Shown here: one piece after another, positions 28,450-40,400 of the stretch
Layout of the letters: the number at the start of each line of letters is the position of its first letter
Numbering within the stretch: position 1 is the first letter of the stretch
The notes under the pieces: generated by a model
Database searches by the model: none
What the model was told of the DNA's origin: nothing
The model's input: the letters and a program-made list of their open reading frames with translations, nothing else
Assembly (NCBI RefSeq): GCF_963921235.1
Contig: NC_086097.1
Span: 108,440,001 to 108,504,000 of the forward strand
Direction of reading: 5' to 3'
Origin: Mobula hypostoma
Taxonomy: Eukaryota
Length of the DNA stretch: 64,000 bases
Program-made: the position numbers and the translations under genes

Positions 28450-29085
28450 AAAAGTTCAAAATAAATTTTATTATCAAAGTACGTATATGCCACCATATAC
28501 AACCCAGAGATTCATTTTCCTCTGGGCATAGTCAGCAAGTCGACAGAATAGTAATTATCAAAGTTGCTGGTGAACGCAGCAGACCTCCTCCTAGAGATGC
28601 TGCCTGGCCTGCTGCGTTCACCAGCAACTTTGATGTGTGTTGCTTGAATTTCCAGCATCTGCAGAATTCCTGTTGTTTGTGAGAATAGTAATTATAGCAG
28701 GATCAATGAAAGATCACTCAGAATGCAGAAGACAACTTGCTGTGCAAATGCAAATGGAAGTAACAGCAAAAAATAACGAGAACATGAGATAATGAGATAA
28801 AAATTCCTTAAAGTGAGATCATTAATTGTGGGAACATCTCAATGGATGAGCAAGTGAGTGTAGTTATCCCCTTTGTTCAAGAGCCTGAACCTGAACCTGG
28901 TGTTGCATGTCCTGAGGCTCTTGTACCTTCTACCTGATGGCAGCAGCGAGAAGAGAGCGTGGCCTGGGTGGTGGGGATCTTTGATGATGGATAAATGCAT
29001 TTCACGTAGATGTGCTAAGGTTGGGAGCGCTTCAGCTGTGATGTGCTGGGTGGAATCCACTGCCTTTTGTCGGGTTTGCAGCTCC
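28450..29085 (-). mobile_element. Rex1/Babar-type LINE 3' fragment
   Basis: HPGHALFSLLPSGRRYKSLRT; same tail as the 9375 copy. Confidence 0.8.
28559..28681. mobile_element. Fold-back Penelope terminal-repeat mini-insertion
   Basis: caaagttgctggtgaacgcagcag inverted against ctgctgcgttcaccagcaactttg. Perfect 14-bp TSD agaatagtaattat at 28545-28558 and 28682-28695. Confidence 0.9.
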
Positions 29086-29350
29086 TTTCCAGATGCAGAT
29101 AGGAAATTCCCGAAATATTCTATGATAAACCTTCATGCAATGCTTACAGAGAACGATTATGCTCTTGGTATAATGCTTAAAATCATACCAATCCAATATG
29201 ACCTGTCAATTATTTGGATGAGACAATTGCCCTATTGAGAGAGGTTAAACTGTTTGGATCTGTATCTTTTGGAATTTAAAAGACGAAGGGGTGATCTTAT
29301 TGAAACATTTAGGATCCAAAGTGGGCAAAACAGGGGAGCTGTCTGTGAAG

Positions 29351-31836
29351 CAACACACATAAAAATTGCTGGTGAACGCAGCAGGCCAGGCAGCATCTAT
29401 AGGAAGAGGTACAGTCGACGTTTCAGGCCGAGCCCCTTCGTCAGGACGAACTGAAAGAAGAGATAGTAAGAGATTTGAAAGGGGGAGGGGGAGATCCGAA
29501 ATGATAGGAGAAGACAGGAGGGGGAGGGATGGAGCTAAGAGCTGGAAAGTTGATTGGCAAAAGGGATATGAGAGGATCATGGGACGGGAGGTCTAGGGAG
29601 AAAGAAAGGGGGAGGGGGAAGCCCAGAGGATGGGCAAGGAGTATAATGAGAGGGACAGAGGGAGAAAAAGGAGAGAGAGTGAAAAAATTAATAATAATTA
29701 ATCAATAAATAACGGATGGGGTACAAAGGGGAGGTGGGGCATTAACGGAAGTTAGAGAAGTCAATGTTCATGCCATCAGGTTGGAGGCTACCCAGACGGA
29801 ATATAAGGTGTTGTTCCTCCAACCTGAGTGTGGCTTCATCTTGACAGTAGAGGAGGCCGTGGATAGACATATCAGAATGGGAGTGGGACGTGGAATTAAA
29901 ATGTATGGCCGCTGGGAGATCCTGCTTTCTCTGGTGGACAGAGCGTAGGTGTTCAGCGAAATGGTCTCCGAGCCTGCGTCAGGTCTACCAATATATAGAA
30001 GGCCACATCGGGAGCACCGGACGCAGTATATCACCCCAGCCGACTCACAGGTGAAGTGTCGCCTCACCTGGAAGGACTTTCTGGGGCCCTGAACGGTAGT
30101 GAGGGAGGAAGTGTAAGGGCATGTGTAGCACTTGTTCCGCTTACAAGAATAAGTGCCGGGAGGGAGATCGGTCAGAAGGGATGGGGGGACGAATGGCCAA
30201 GGGAGTCGCGTAGGGAGCAATCCCTGTGGAAAGCAGAAAGGCGGGGGGAGGGAAAGATGTGCTTAGTGGTGGGATCCTGTTGGAGGTGGTGGAAGTTACG
30301 GAGAATTATATGTTGGACCCGGAGGCTAGTGTGGTGGTAGGTGAAGACAAGGGGAACCCTATTCCTGGTGGGGTGGCGGGAGGATGGGGTGAGAGCAGAT
30401 GTGCATGAAATGGGAGAGATGCGTTTGAGAGCAGAGTTGATGGTGGGAGGAAGGGAAGCCCCTTTCTTTAAAAATGGAGGACATCTCCTTCATACTGGAA
30501 TGAAAAGCCTCATCCTGAGAGCAGATGCGGTGGAGACGGAGGAATTGCAAGAAGGGGATGGCATTTTTGCAAGAGACAGAGTGGGAAGAGGAATAGTCCA
30601 GGTAGCTGTGAGAGTCCGTAGGCTTATGGTAGACATCAGTAGATAAGCTGTCTCCAGAGATAGAAAGATCAAGAAAGGGGAGGGAGGTTTCGGAAATGGA
30701 CCAGGTAAACTTGAGGGCAGGGTGAAAGTTGGAGGCAAAGTTAATGAAGTCAACGAGCTCAGCATGCGTGCAGGAAGCAGTGCCAATGCAGTCGTCAATG
30801 TAGCGAAGGAAAAGTGGGGGACAGATACCAGTATAGGCTTGGAACATGGATTGTTCCACAAAGCCAACAAAAAGGCAGGCATAGCTGGGACCCATACGGG
30901 TGCCCATGGCTGCACCTTTAGTTTGGAGGAAGTAGGAGAAGCCAAAGGAGAAATTATTAAGAGTAAGGACAAATTCCGCTAGACGGAGCAGAGTGGTGGT
31001 AGAGGGGAAATGGTTAGGTCTGGAATCCAAAAAGAAGCGGAGAGGTTTGAGACCTTCCTGGTGGGGGATGGAAGTATATAGGGACTGGACATCCATGGTG
31101 AAAATAAAGTGGTGGGGGGCAGGGAACTTAACATCATCAAAAAATTTCAGAGCGTGAGAAATATCACGAACATAGGTAGGAAGGGATTGAACAAGCGGGG
31201 ATAAAACAGTGTTGAAGTATGCAGAAATGAGTTCGGTGGGGCAGGAGCAAGCTGAGACAATGGGTCTACCAGGACAGACAGTCTTGTGAATCTTGGGTTG
31301 GAGGTAGAAACGGGAAGTGTGGGGTGTGGGAACTATAAGGTTGGTAGTAGTGGATGGGAGATCCCCTGATCGGATAAAGTTGGTGATGGTGTGGGAGACA
31401 ATGGCCTGGTGCTCCCTAGTGGGGTCATGATCAAGGGGTAAATAAGAGGAGGTATCCACGAGTTGACGCTGTGCCTTGGCAAGGTAGAGGTCAGTACGCC
31501 AGACTATAACAGCACCCCCCTTATCGGCGGGTTTAATAGTAAGGTTAGGATTAGTGCGGAGGGAGTGCAGAGCAGAGCGTTCGAAAGGAGTGAGGTTGGA
31601 ATGGGAACAAGGTGCGGTGAAGTCGAGACAGTTGATGTCCTTTCGGCAGTTAGCAATAAAGAGATCCAGAGCAGGCAGAAGACCAGAGCGGGGTGTCCAT
31701 GAAGAGGAGGAGGGTTGAAGACAGGAGAAGCGGTCATCAGTGGGGGTGGGAGAGTCCTTGCCGAAGAAGTAGGCTTGAAGATGGAGCCAGCGGAAGAAGA
31801 GTTTAGCGTCATGGCGAACGTGGAACTCGCTGAGGT
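29351..31836 (-). mobile_element. 5'-truncated Neptune-type Penelope-like element (RT, Cys-rich linker, GIY-YIG endonuclease, terminal repeat with hammerhead), inserted in a CR1 tail
   Basis: ORF 30359-31459: PKIHK..PGRPIVS, MDVQSLYTSIP, GAAMGTRMGPSYA, RYIDD. Downstream CKRNKCYTC..FTCES.GVIYCVRCSRCGLLYIG. Several frameshifts. TSD gctgtctgt(g/c)aag at 29338-29350 and 31837-31849. Confidence 0.93.
29414..29447 (-). ncRNA. Minimal type I hammerhead ribozyme motif, intact core
   Basis: GUC-CUGACGA-AGG(GGCUCGG)CCU-GAAAC-GUC^-GAC, with loopless stem III. Confidence 0.75.
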
Positions 31837-31994
31837 GCTGTCTGTCAAGATTTTTTCACTAGAGGGACAATCTTCAATGGGAGGGCATAGTTTCAAGACA
31901 AAGGGATCAAAGCTTGGGTAAGTAAAAATTTGTTCTAGTGTATTTCTAGAATTCTGTGCCCCATAGAGAGTTGGAGGCTAGCTGAAATGAAGTA

Positions 31995-33348
31995 CAGGTG
32001 GCCCCCGTTTTTCTAATGTTTGCTTTACGACACCTCGCTGTTAAGAAAGACCTACATTACTTACCTGTTTTCGCTAACAGAAGGTGTTTTCACTGTTATG
32101 AAAACAGGCAGCGCGTGCCCGAGCAGCCAAGCTCCTTCCCCGGAACTGCATTCTAGCCGGCATTGCTTAAACAGGTGCTTTATCTTGATTTATTTGGTGC
32201 ATCCGTTAGCAAGATAGTTCTAAGGTATTGGAAAAGCCTAAAAGAGCTCGTAAGGGTGTTACACTTAGCGTAAAACTAGACATAATTAAGCGTTTCGATC
32301 ATGGCGAATGAAGTAAGGATATTGTCCGCGCGTTGAACTTGGCTGCATCCACCATTTGCACTACTTATACGCAGAGAGAAAGAATTTTGAAAGCTGCCGA
32401 TGTTACTGTTGGTTCTGCTCGTAGCAAAGTGGTCTCTCAGTCGGCATCCAATGATGGATAAAATGGAAAGTCTATTGCTTGAGTGGATTGATGGGTGTAC
32501 AAAGCGTGGTGTTCCGTTAAGTTTTTTTATACTTAAGGAGAAATCAGTCAGTTTTTAATAAGCTGAAACAGAAAGCACTGGACGATGGTGATGAAAGTGG
32601 AATTTAAAGGTAGTCATGGGTGGTTTGATCGGTTTCTGAGGCGAGGGCAGCTTCATAGTTTAAGCAGTGGTCTCCAACCTCCGGTCCGCGGACTGATACA
32701 TTACCGCAAAGAATGCAGCGGTAGCCAGGACACACCCAGCACATCTTTAAGAAAAAAGCCGAAATAAACAAGCTAATTAATTAGGTGCCGCCCAGCATGT
32801 AAATATCGGCCCAGATCAGAGGCAATTGCCAATTGCGTCAGGTGGTTATTCGTATAAGCAAGTGTTGAACTGTGACGAAACTGCAATTTATTGGAATCTT
32901 CTCGATTCCAGTAAGTGAACTTACACTGTACAAACGTTATTTCTACTTTATATAGGCTGTCTATTTTTGTGTGTTATTTGATATGATTTGGCATCTTCAT
33001 AGCTTAAAGGTTACTGGAGAGAGTGTTTCTGCCGAGAGCACTTGCGTCGTGTTTTTGCCGAGAGCGCTTCAGCGAGATTTTCGATGCGCTAGACCGTGCT
33101 GCAGAAAAGTATTTCTACTTTATATAGTCTGTGTATTTATCATATCATTCCTGCTTTTACTACATGTTACTGTTATTTCAGGTTTTATATGTTATTTGGC
33201 ATGATTTTGTAGGTTATTTTTTGGGTTTGGGAATGCTCAAAAATTTTTCCCATATTAATAAATGGCAATTGCTTATTCACTTTACAACATTCCGGTTTAA
33301 GAACTGTTTCATAGGAACGCTCTACCTTTGGATAGCGGGGGAAACCTG
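31995..33348 (+). mobile_element. Internally deleted Tigger/pogo transposon with a CENP-B-type HTH transposase remnant
   Basis: TA|caggtggcccccg ... cgggggaaacctg|TA. Remnants KRARKGVTLSVKLDIIKRFD, MESLLLEWID, FKGSHGWFDRFLRR. Confidence 0.9.
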
Positions 33349-33553
33349 TAGTTAAAGTAGAGGAATTTGAAAGATTGGAATATTCAAGTTTATTGGATTT
33401 GAGGGGTTCTTGGTCATGATCTTATTGAATGGTGGGGCAGTTTAAAGGGCCAGATAGTCTCCCTTCTTCAAACTACATGCGTTCTTGTGGTTTGAAATCA
33501 GCTGACTCCAGTCGTGGTCCAGAAGAGAAACTGTTTCGCTTTTCAACAGAATA

Positions 33554-33707
33554 CAGGTCAACCTTCACTAATCCGGCACCATTGGGACCTGAGGAGTACC
33601 AGATTAGTGAAAATGCCCAATTACAGAAAGATCACATTAAGCATAATCAATGCCAGATTATCGAAGGAACCAGATTACAGATAGTTGGATTAGTGAAGGT
33701 CAACCTG
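33554..33707. mobile_element. 154-bp Tigger-like MITE
   Basis: 21-bp TIRs caggtcaaccttcactaatcc / ggattagtgaaggtcaacctg; TA on both sides. Confidence 0.88.
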
Positions 33708-34004
33708 TACTAGATTAAAAAAATGCATTGCACTTTGTAACATGTCTCATGGTAAAATGTTACCTGATGTTTTGAGACACAAATTCTAATAAAGGTGATA
33801 AAAGAGAAGGATTAAATTGTAAAGAGTAATTAGATCAAGGCCTGAAGAGTGAATTAATGGTATTTGAAATGGGCCCTCTGCTGTCGATCTGTCCTAACTG
33901 CATTGATTTATTTGATAAGTTTCTCAATTTGTTTTTGAATCTTGTGACTAAGATAATAAGCAGGAATTTATAGAACAATATATTTCATCAGTAAAAAGGC
34001 CCAC

Positions 34005-34585
34005 TTTTGGTCTGGGTCAACCATGGTTGTTGTGTCCTGACTACGTGTTGATACACAAGCCAGGGCAGTACAATATGGAGAGCAAGCTGTTTCCCATGTG
34101 GCAGGCTCCCCCTCTCCACGCAGATGATAAATCCTAGGAAAGGCAGATACAGATACAGTTTGGCACCGGTGGTGCGCAGGAGTTGCCAGTCAGTGTTGAA
34201 CTTAATGTAGGACTGTCTCTCGGGACTCCAGCTCCAGATTTTTTCTCAGGGTTTACTCCTGAAGCCTTCCCCGTGAGTGGGTGTAGCCCCAAGGCAGCGG
34301 AGGTTTGAGATCAGAGTTTCCTTTCTCCTCGGTGAACTGTCAACCATGGCTGATGATCCCCATCTGCCCAGAGTAATGGGTTTTTAGGCAGCAGTAACCC
34401 ACCTTTGCCCCTTTTGCTGTCAGTAGAAATGGTGCAGCTGGACTTAGTAACTGTGTCACATGTGCAGGCCAGGAGCTGGTCATGATGGTCAGAGGCTCTT
34501 TGAATTTCACCCTATTGAGAGCATTTTATAGATAGTGGGAGTTCATTCCCCGAAGCCCCCAGCTATGACAGCTGTAAGGAAACTT
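34005..34585 (-). mobile_element. Probable RTE-related non-autonomous retroposon
   Basis: Minus strand has aggagaaaggaaactctga and aggagtaaaccc motifs resembling RTE 5' regions; recognised from memory only. Confidence 0.45.
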
Positions 34586-36450
34586 CATTGCGCATTATCA
34601 AAATTTAAAGTAAATTTATTGTCAAAATATATTGTGTCAACAGTACAACCCTGAGATTAATCTTCTTGTGGGCATACTCAAATCCATAATAGAATAATAA
34701 CCATAATAGAATCCATGATAGACCTCACCAGCTTGGGCGTTCAACCAGTGTAGAAAAGACACAAACTGTGCAACTGCAAAAAGAAAGAAATGATAAGCTA
34801 ATAAATACCACAAACATGAGATGAAGTGTACTTGAAAGTGAGTCTATAGGCCCATGGGAACGTTTCAATTATGGAGTGAAATTGAGTGAAGTTATCCCCT
34901 TTGGTTGAGGGGTAATAACTGTTCCTGAACCTGGTGGTTGTGAGTCCTGAAGCTGCTGTACCTTCCGCCTGATGGCAGCTGCGAGAAGAGAGCATGTCCC
35001 TGGTGATGGATGCTGTTTTCCTGCGACAGCATTTCATGTAGATGTGCTTGATGGTGGAGAGGGCTTTACCCAAGATGGACTGGGCCGTGCCCCCCACTAC
35101 TTTTTGTACCTTTTCTGTTCAAGAGTATTGGTGTTTCCATACCAGGCTGTGATGCAGCCAGTCGGTATACATCACACATCGAAGTTTGTCAGAGTTTTAG
35201 ATGTCACGCCGAATCTTCACTAACCCCTAAGGAAGTAAAGGTGCTGCCATATTTTGTTCATAATTGCACTTATGTGTTGGGCAGATACAGATGTATTCCT
35301 TCGAAAGAATAACACTGAACAATTTAAAGTTGCTGACCCTCTCCACCTCTGATCCTCTGATGAGGATTGGCTCATGGCCTCTGGTTTCCCTGAAGTAAAT
35401 AGTCAGCTCCTTGGTCTTGCTGACATTGAGTAAGGTGTTGTTGTTATGGCACCATTTAGCCAGATCTTCAGTCTCCCTCCTATATACTGATTCATTACCA
35501 TCTTTGATTCGGCCTACGATAGTGGTGTCATCAGCAAAATTAAATGTGGCATTGGAGCTGTGCTTACCCTCACAGTCATTAGTTTAAACCAGCGGTCCCC
35601 AACCACCGGGCCGCAAAGCATGCGCTACCAGGCCACGAGGAAGCTATGTGATTTGGCGATATGAGTCAGCTGCACCTTTCCTCATTCCCTGTCACGCCCT
35701 GTTGAGCTTGAACGCATGCGAGGTCATTACTCGTGCGTCATCCGTTTCAGCGTGGGAAGGAGATCAACTCCTCGAGCTTGCAAATGATGGCGGGCTGGAA
35801 AGTATGTTTTACATAACATCTCTGCCGGCATTCTGGATCAAAGTCAAGGCTAAAAATCCTGAGATAGCCATGAAAGCACTGAAAACGTTGTTTCTATTTC
35901 CAACATATCTCTGCAATGAATGCAACGAAAACTAAACTGTGGAATAGGCTGTACATAAGGAACCCCGTTCGAGTATCGCTGTCTCCCATCACCCTTCGGT
36001 AGAACCGTGTTGTTGCATGAAAACAAGCCCAGGGCTCCCAATGATTCAGCGATATTGGTGTGTTGCAATGATTTTATACGTTCATACAGGAAAAACGTGC
36101 TACGTGTTTAATATCCAAACGTTACTTAAAATGTTATGATGCTATTGACTTATATAACCATATTGTGGCGACCCACTTTCTGGCACACACGAACCGGCTC
36201 ACAACAGCGCGCGCAGGCAGAGGGCCGGCCCCAAAAAGGGCGCCAGGCCATCTTCACCAGCAGGGGGAAAATCCCGCGCGCAGAAAGGGTCTGGGAATAT
36301 GCATTCCCCACAGTAGTCCCGCCCAGGGAGGGCGGGAACGGGAAGGCTTTAAAGCGGGCCGCGAAGTTTGAATAAATCTCTTTCATCGCAACTCTAACTC
36401 ACCGACTCCGTGTGGTTATTCTAGCGCTGTGTGTAGCACATTGCTACAAT

Positions 36451-36464
36451 TGGTGACCCCGACG
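36451..36464 (+). promoter_or_regulatory. Primer-binding site for tRNA-Trp
   Basis: TGGTGACCCCGACG, 2 nt after the 5' LTR; complementary to the tRNA-Trp 3' end. Confidence 0.88.
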
Positions 36465-36488
36465 GCCCAAACGATATTTGGACCAGAG

Positions 36489-37193
36489 ATGACCGACGCT
36501 GCATCTGTTCACGCAGTTTCGTTAAAACTGCCAAGCTTCTGGACACTGCGACCCCATTTATGGTTTGAACAAGCAGAAGCACAATTCCACATTCGGCAGA
36601 TAACCTCGGAGTCCACTCGCTACTACTACGTGCTGAGCTCACTCGACCAGGAGACTGCTGCACAAGTTGAGGAGTTTATACAGTCGCCCCCGGAGGACGG
36701 CAAATACACAGCATTCAAAGCCCTGCTCATAAGGACTTTCGGACTCTCACGGCACGAACGAGCACGCCGCTTAATGCACCTGGATGGTTTGGGAGACAGG
36801 CCGCCGTCAGCATTAATGAACGAGATGCTGGCCCTGGCTGAAGGACACAAACCCTGCCTCATGTTTGAGCAGGCGTTCCTAGAGCAACTGCCCGAGGACG
36901 TATGCCTGCTGCTGTCCGACGCAGATTTCAGCAACCTCCGGGAGGTGGCGGCCCGAGCAGATGTGCTGTGGAATGCCAGGAAAGAGAGAGGGGCATCCGT
37001 CGCACAGATCACCAAGCTGCGTGCCCAACAACAGACCAGACCAGGCCCGGCAGCAGAGCCTACAAAACCCGGTGATGGGAGTGAGGAGCCCAACGAACAA
37101 TAGTGTTTCTACCACCAGCGGTGGGGCACAGAGGCCCGCCGCTGCAGACCGCCCTGCAAATTCCCAGGAAACGCCAGGGCCAGCCGCCGCTGA
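36489..37193 (+). pseudogene. gag: gag with a premature TAG (37101-37103) just before the CHCC motif
   Basis: VSLKLPSFW..WFEQAEAQF. Reading through the TAG gives CFYHQRWGTEARRCRPPC (C-x2-H-x9-C-x3-C), then KFPGNARASRR*. Confidence 0.88.
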
Positions 37194-40100
37194 TGGCTAC
37201 GGCGGCTGGCCATCAGGACAGCCTCCTGTACGTCTGTGACAAGCAGTCGGGACGCCGCTTTTTGGTCGACACCGGAGCGGAGATCAGCGTCTTACCTCCA
37301 ACGAGTTACGACACCCGCAACAGAGAACCGGGACCCACCCTGAGGGCCGCTAATGGCAGCACAATACGATCCTACCCGCACGGTGCGGCTACAGTTCAGC
37401 TCCAGCCGGTTCACGTGGGACTTCACACTGGCCGCCGTGGCCCAACCACTGCTGGGGGCAGATTTTCTACGAGCCCACAGCCTGCTGGTCGACTTGCAAG
37501 GGAAGCGATTAGTCCACGCCAAGACTTTTCAAACGTTCTCCCTGGGTGAAGCACAGTTGCCAGCCCCACACCTGGACTCCATCACGCTGTCTGACGATGA
37601 ATTCACCAGGGTCCTGGCGGATTTCCCATCAGTACTGACACCGCAGTTCACGGCAGCCATGCCCAGACACGGAGTACAGCACCACATCCCGACCCAGGGA
37701 CCACCCCTCCACGCCCGTGCTCGAAGGCTTCCCCCGGACAAGCTCCGACTGGCGAAGGAGGAGTTCAAGAAGATGGAGGAATTAGGAATCATACGACGGT
37801 CCGACAGCCCATGGGCCTCCCCCCTTCACATGGTGCCCAAGGCAACGGGGGGCTGGAGACCATGCCATGACTACCGCAGACTGAACGAGGCTACAACGCC
37901 AGACCGCTACCCTGTGCCGCACATTCAAGACTTCGCAGCAAACCTACATGGCGCAAGGATCTTTTCCAAGGTAGACCTCGTCCGGGGATACCATCAAATC
38001 CCTGTACATCCGGACGACATCCCCAAAACAGCACTTATCACCCCGTTCGGACTTTTCGAATTCCTCCGAATGCCGTTTGGTCTAAAGAATGCCGCACAGA
38101 CTTTCCAGGGGCTAATGGACGCGGTGGGACGTGACCTGGACTTTGCATTCATCTACTTGGACGACATCCTCATAGCCAGCAGTAGTCGGCAGGAGCATCT
38201 GTCCCACCTCCACCAGCTCTACTCCCACCTGAGTGAATTCGGCCGTACAATCAATCCAGCCAAATGCCAGTTCGGACTCGACACCATCGACTTCCTGGGC
38301 CACAGGATTACTAAAGACGGGGCAACCCCGCTGCCCGCCAAGGTAGACGCGGTCCGCCACTTCCCTCAACCCAACACAATCAAAGGCTTACAGGAATTCG
38401 TGGGTATGGTGAATTTCTACCAACGTTTCCTCCCCTCAGCAGCCCAAACCATGCGCCCCTTGTTCACTCTAATGTCGGGTAAGGGCAAGGACATTACCTG
38501 GAACGAAGAGGCCGCAACCGCTTTCGTTAAAACCAAAGAAGCCTTGGCAAACGCCGCGATGCTAGTGCACCCCAGAACGGACGTTCCTACTGCCCTCACG
38601 GTGGACGCATCCAACACAGCAGTCGGTGGAGTGCTGGAACAACTCATCGAGGGTCGCTGGCAACCCCTGGCGTTCTTCAGCAAACACCTACAACCACCCG
38701 AACTCAAATACAGTGCTTTCGACCGGGAGCTATTGGCACTATACCTGGCAATCCGGCATTTCAGGTACTTCTTAGAAGGTAGGCCCTTCACCGCGTTCAC
38801 AGACCACAAACCGCTTACCTTTGCGTTCACTAAGGTGTCCGACCCCTGGTCGTCCCGCCAGCAGCGACATCTGTCCTACATCTCCGAGTACACGATGGAC
38901 ATCCGGCATGTCTCGGGAAAGGACAACGTTTTGGCGGACGCACTTTCCAGACCTACCATACAGGCCCTGTCCCAGGGGGTGGACTATGCAGCGCTGGCAG
39001 AGGCACAGCAGGCAGACGCTGAGATCCCCAGTTACAGGACTGCAGTCTCCGGTTTGCAGCTCCAGGACCTCCCCGTAGTCCCAGGTGAGAGGACCCTACT
39101 ATGTGACGTAGCTACTGGCCAACCCCGCCCCGTCGTCCCAGCAGCCTGGCGCCGGCGGGTGTTCGAATCCATTCACAACTTAGCGCACCCCTCCATCAGG
39201 ACAACTGTCCGGCTGGTCTCCAACAGGTTCGTGTGGCATGGACTGCGTAAACAGGTCAATGAATGGGCCAAAACGTGCATGCAGTGCCAAACGGCCAAGG
39301 TGCGGCGGCACACCAAGGCTCCACCGCAGCGGTTCGAACCCACCCGCCGGAGGTTTGACCACATCCATGTGGATATCGTGGGGCCCCTGCCAGTGTCACG
39401 AGGAGCGCGGTACCTCCTAACTATGATAGACCGGTTCACCAGATGGCCAGAGGCAGTCCCGCTCAGCGACACCACCTCCGAATCCTGCGCCCGAGCACTG
39501 ATCGTAACCTGGGTAGCACGCTTTGGGGTACCGGCCCACATTACCTCTGACAGGGGCACCCAGTTCACCTCCAGCCTGTGGTTGGCTATGGCCAGACTTT
39601 TAGGATCACAGCTACACCACACAACTGCCTACCACCCACAGTCGAACGGACTAGTGGAGCGCTTCCACCGTCACCTGAAATCGGCTCTCATGGCCGGCCT
39701 GGAGGGGCCTAACTGGGTGGATGAGCTTCCCTGGGTCCTGCTCGGAATCCGCACGGCGCCCAAGGAGGATCTGCACACCTCGTCGGCCGAGTTGGTGTAC
39801 GGCGCGCCCCTGGTCATCCCAGGAGAGTTCATACCAGCCCCAAGGGGGCAAGAGGAAGAACCCACAGCAGTCCTGGACAGACTACGGGAGAGGCTTGGTA
39901 ACCTGGCCCCCATACCCACTTCACAGCACGGACAGAGCCCGACCTGCGTACCCAAAGACCTGCAGAACTGTAAGTTTCTTTTTGTACGACAGGGCGGACA
40001 CCGGGCACCGCTACAGCGGCCCTACGAGGGGCCGTTTAAGGTGATCAGGAACAACGGGTCCACGTTCGTGCTGGACATTGGGGGGAGAGAGGAGGTTTTC

Positions 40101-40400
40101 ACGGTGGACCGACTCAAACCGGCCCATGTGGACTTGGCGCAACCGGTCCAGGCTCAGGCACCGCGGCGCAGGGGCAGACCTCCCAAACAGACGCCGATCC
40201 AGACTGTGGACATTGGGGGAGGTATCGCCGGTTCTGGGGGGGTGTTATGTGGCGACCCACTTTCTGGCACACACGAACCGGCTCACAACAGCGCGCGCAG
40301 GCAGAGGGCCGGCCCCAAAAAGGGCGCCAGGCCATCTTCACCAGCAGGGGGAAAATCCCGTGCGCAGAAAGGGTCTGGGAATATGCATTCCCCACAGTAG
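37166..40400 (+). pseudogene. pol: pol (protease, RT, RNase H, integrase) in the -1 frame from gag; one frameshift near 37375
   Basis: [67 protein letters not shown]. Open for 1015 codons from 37353. Confidence 0.93.
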
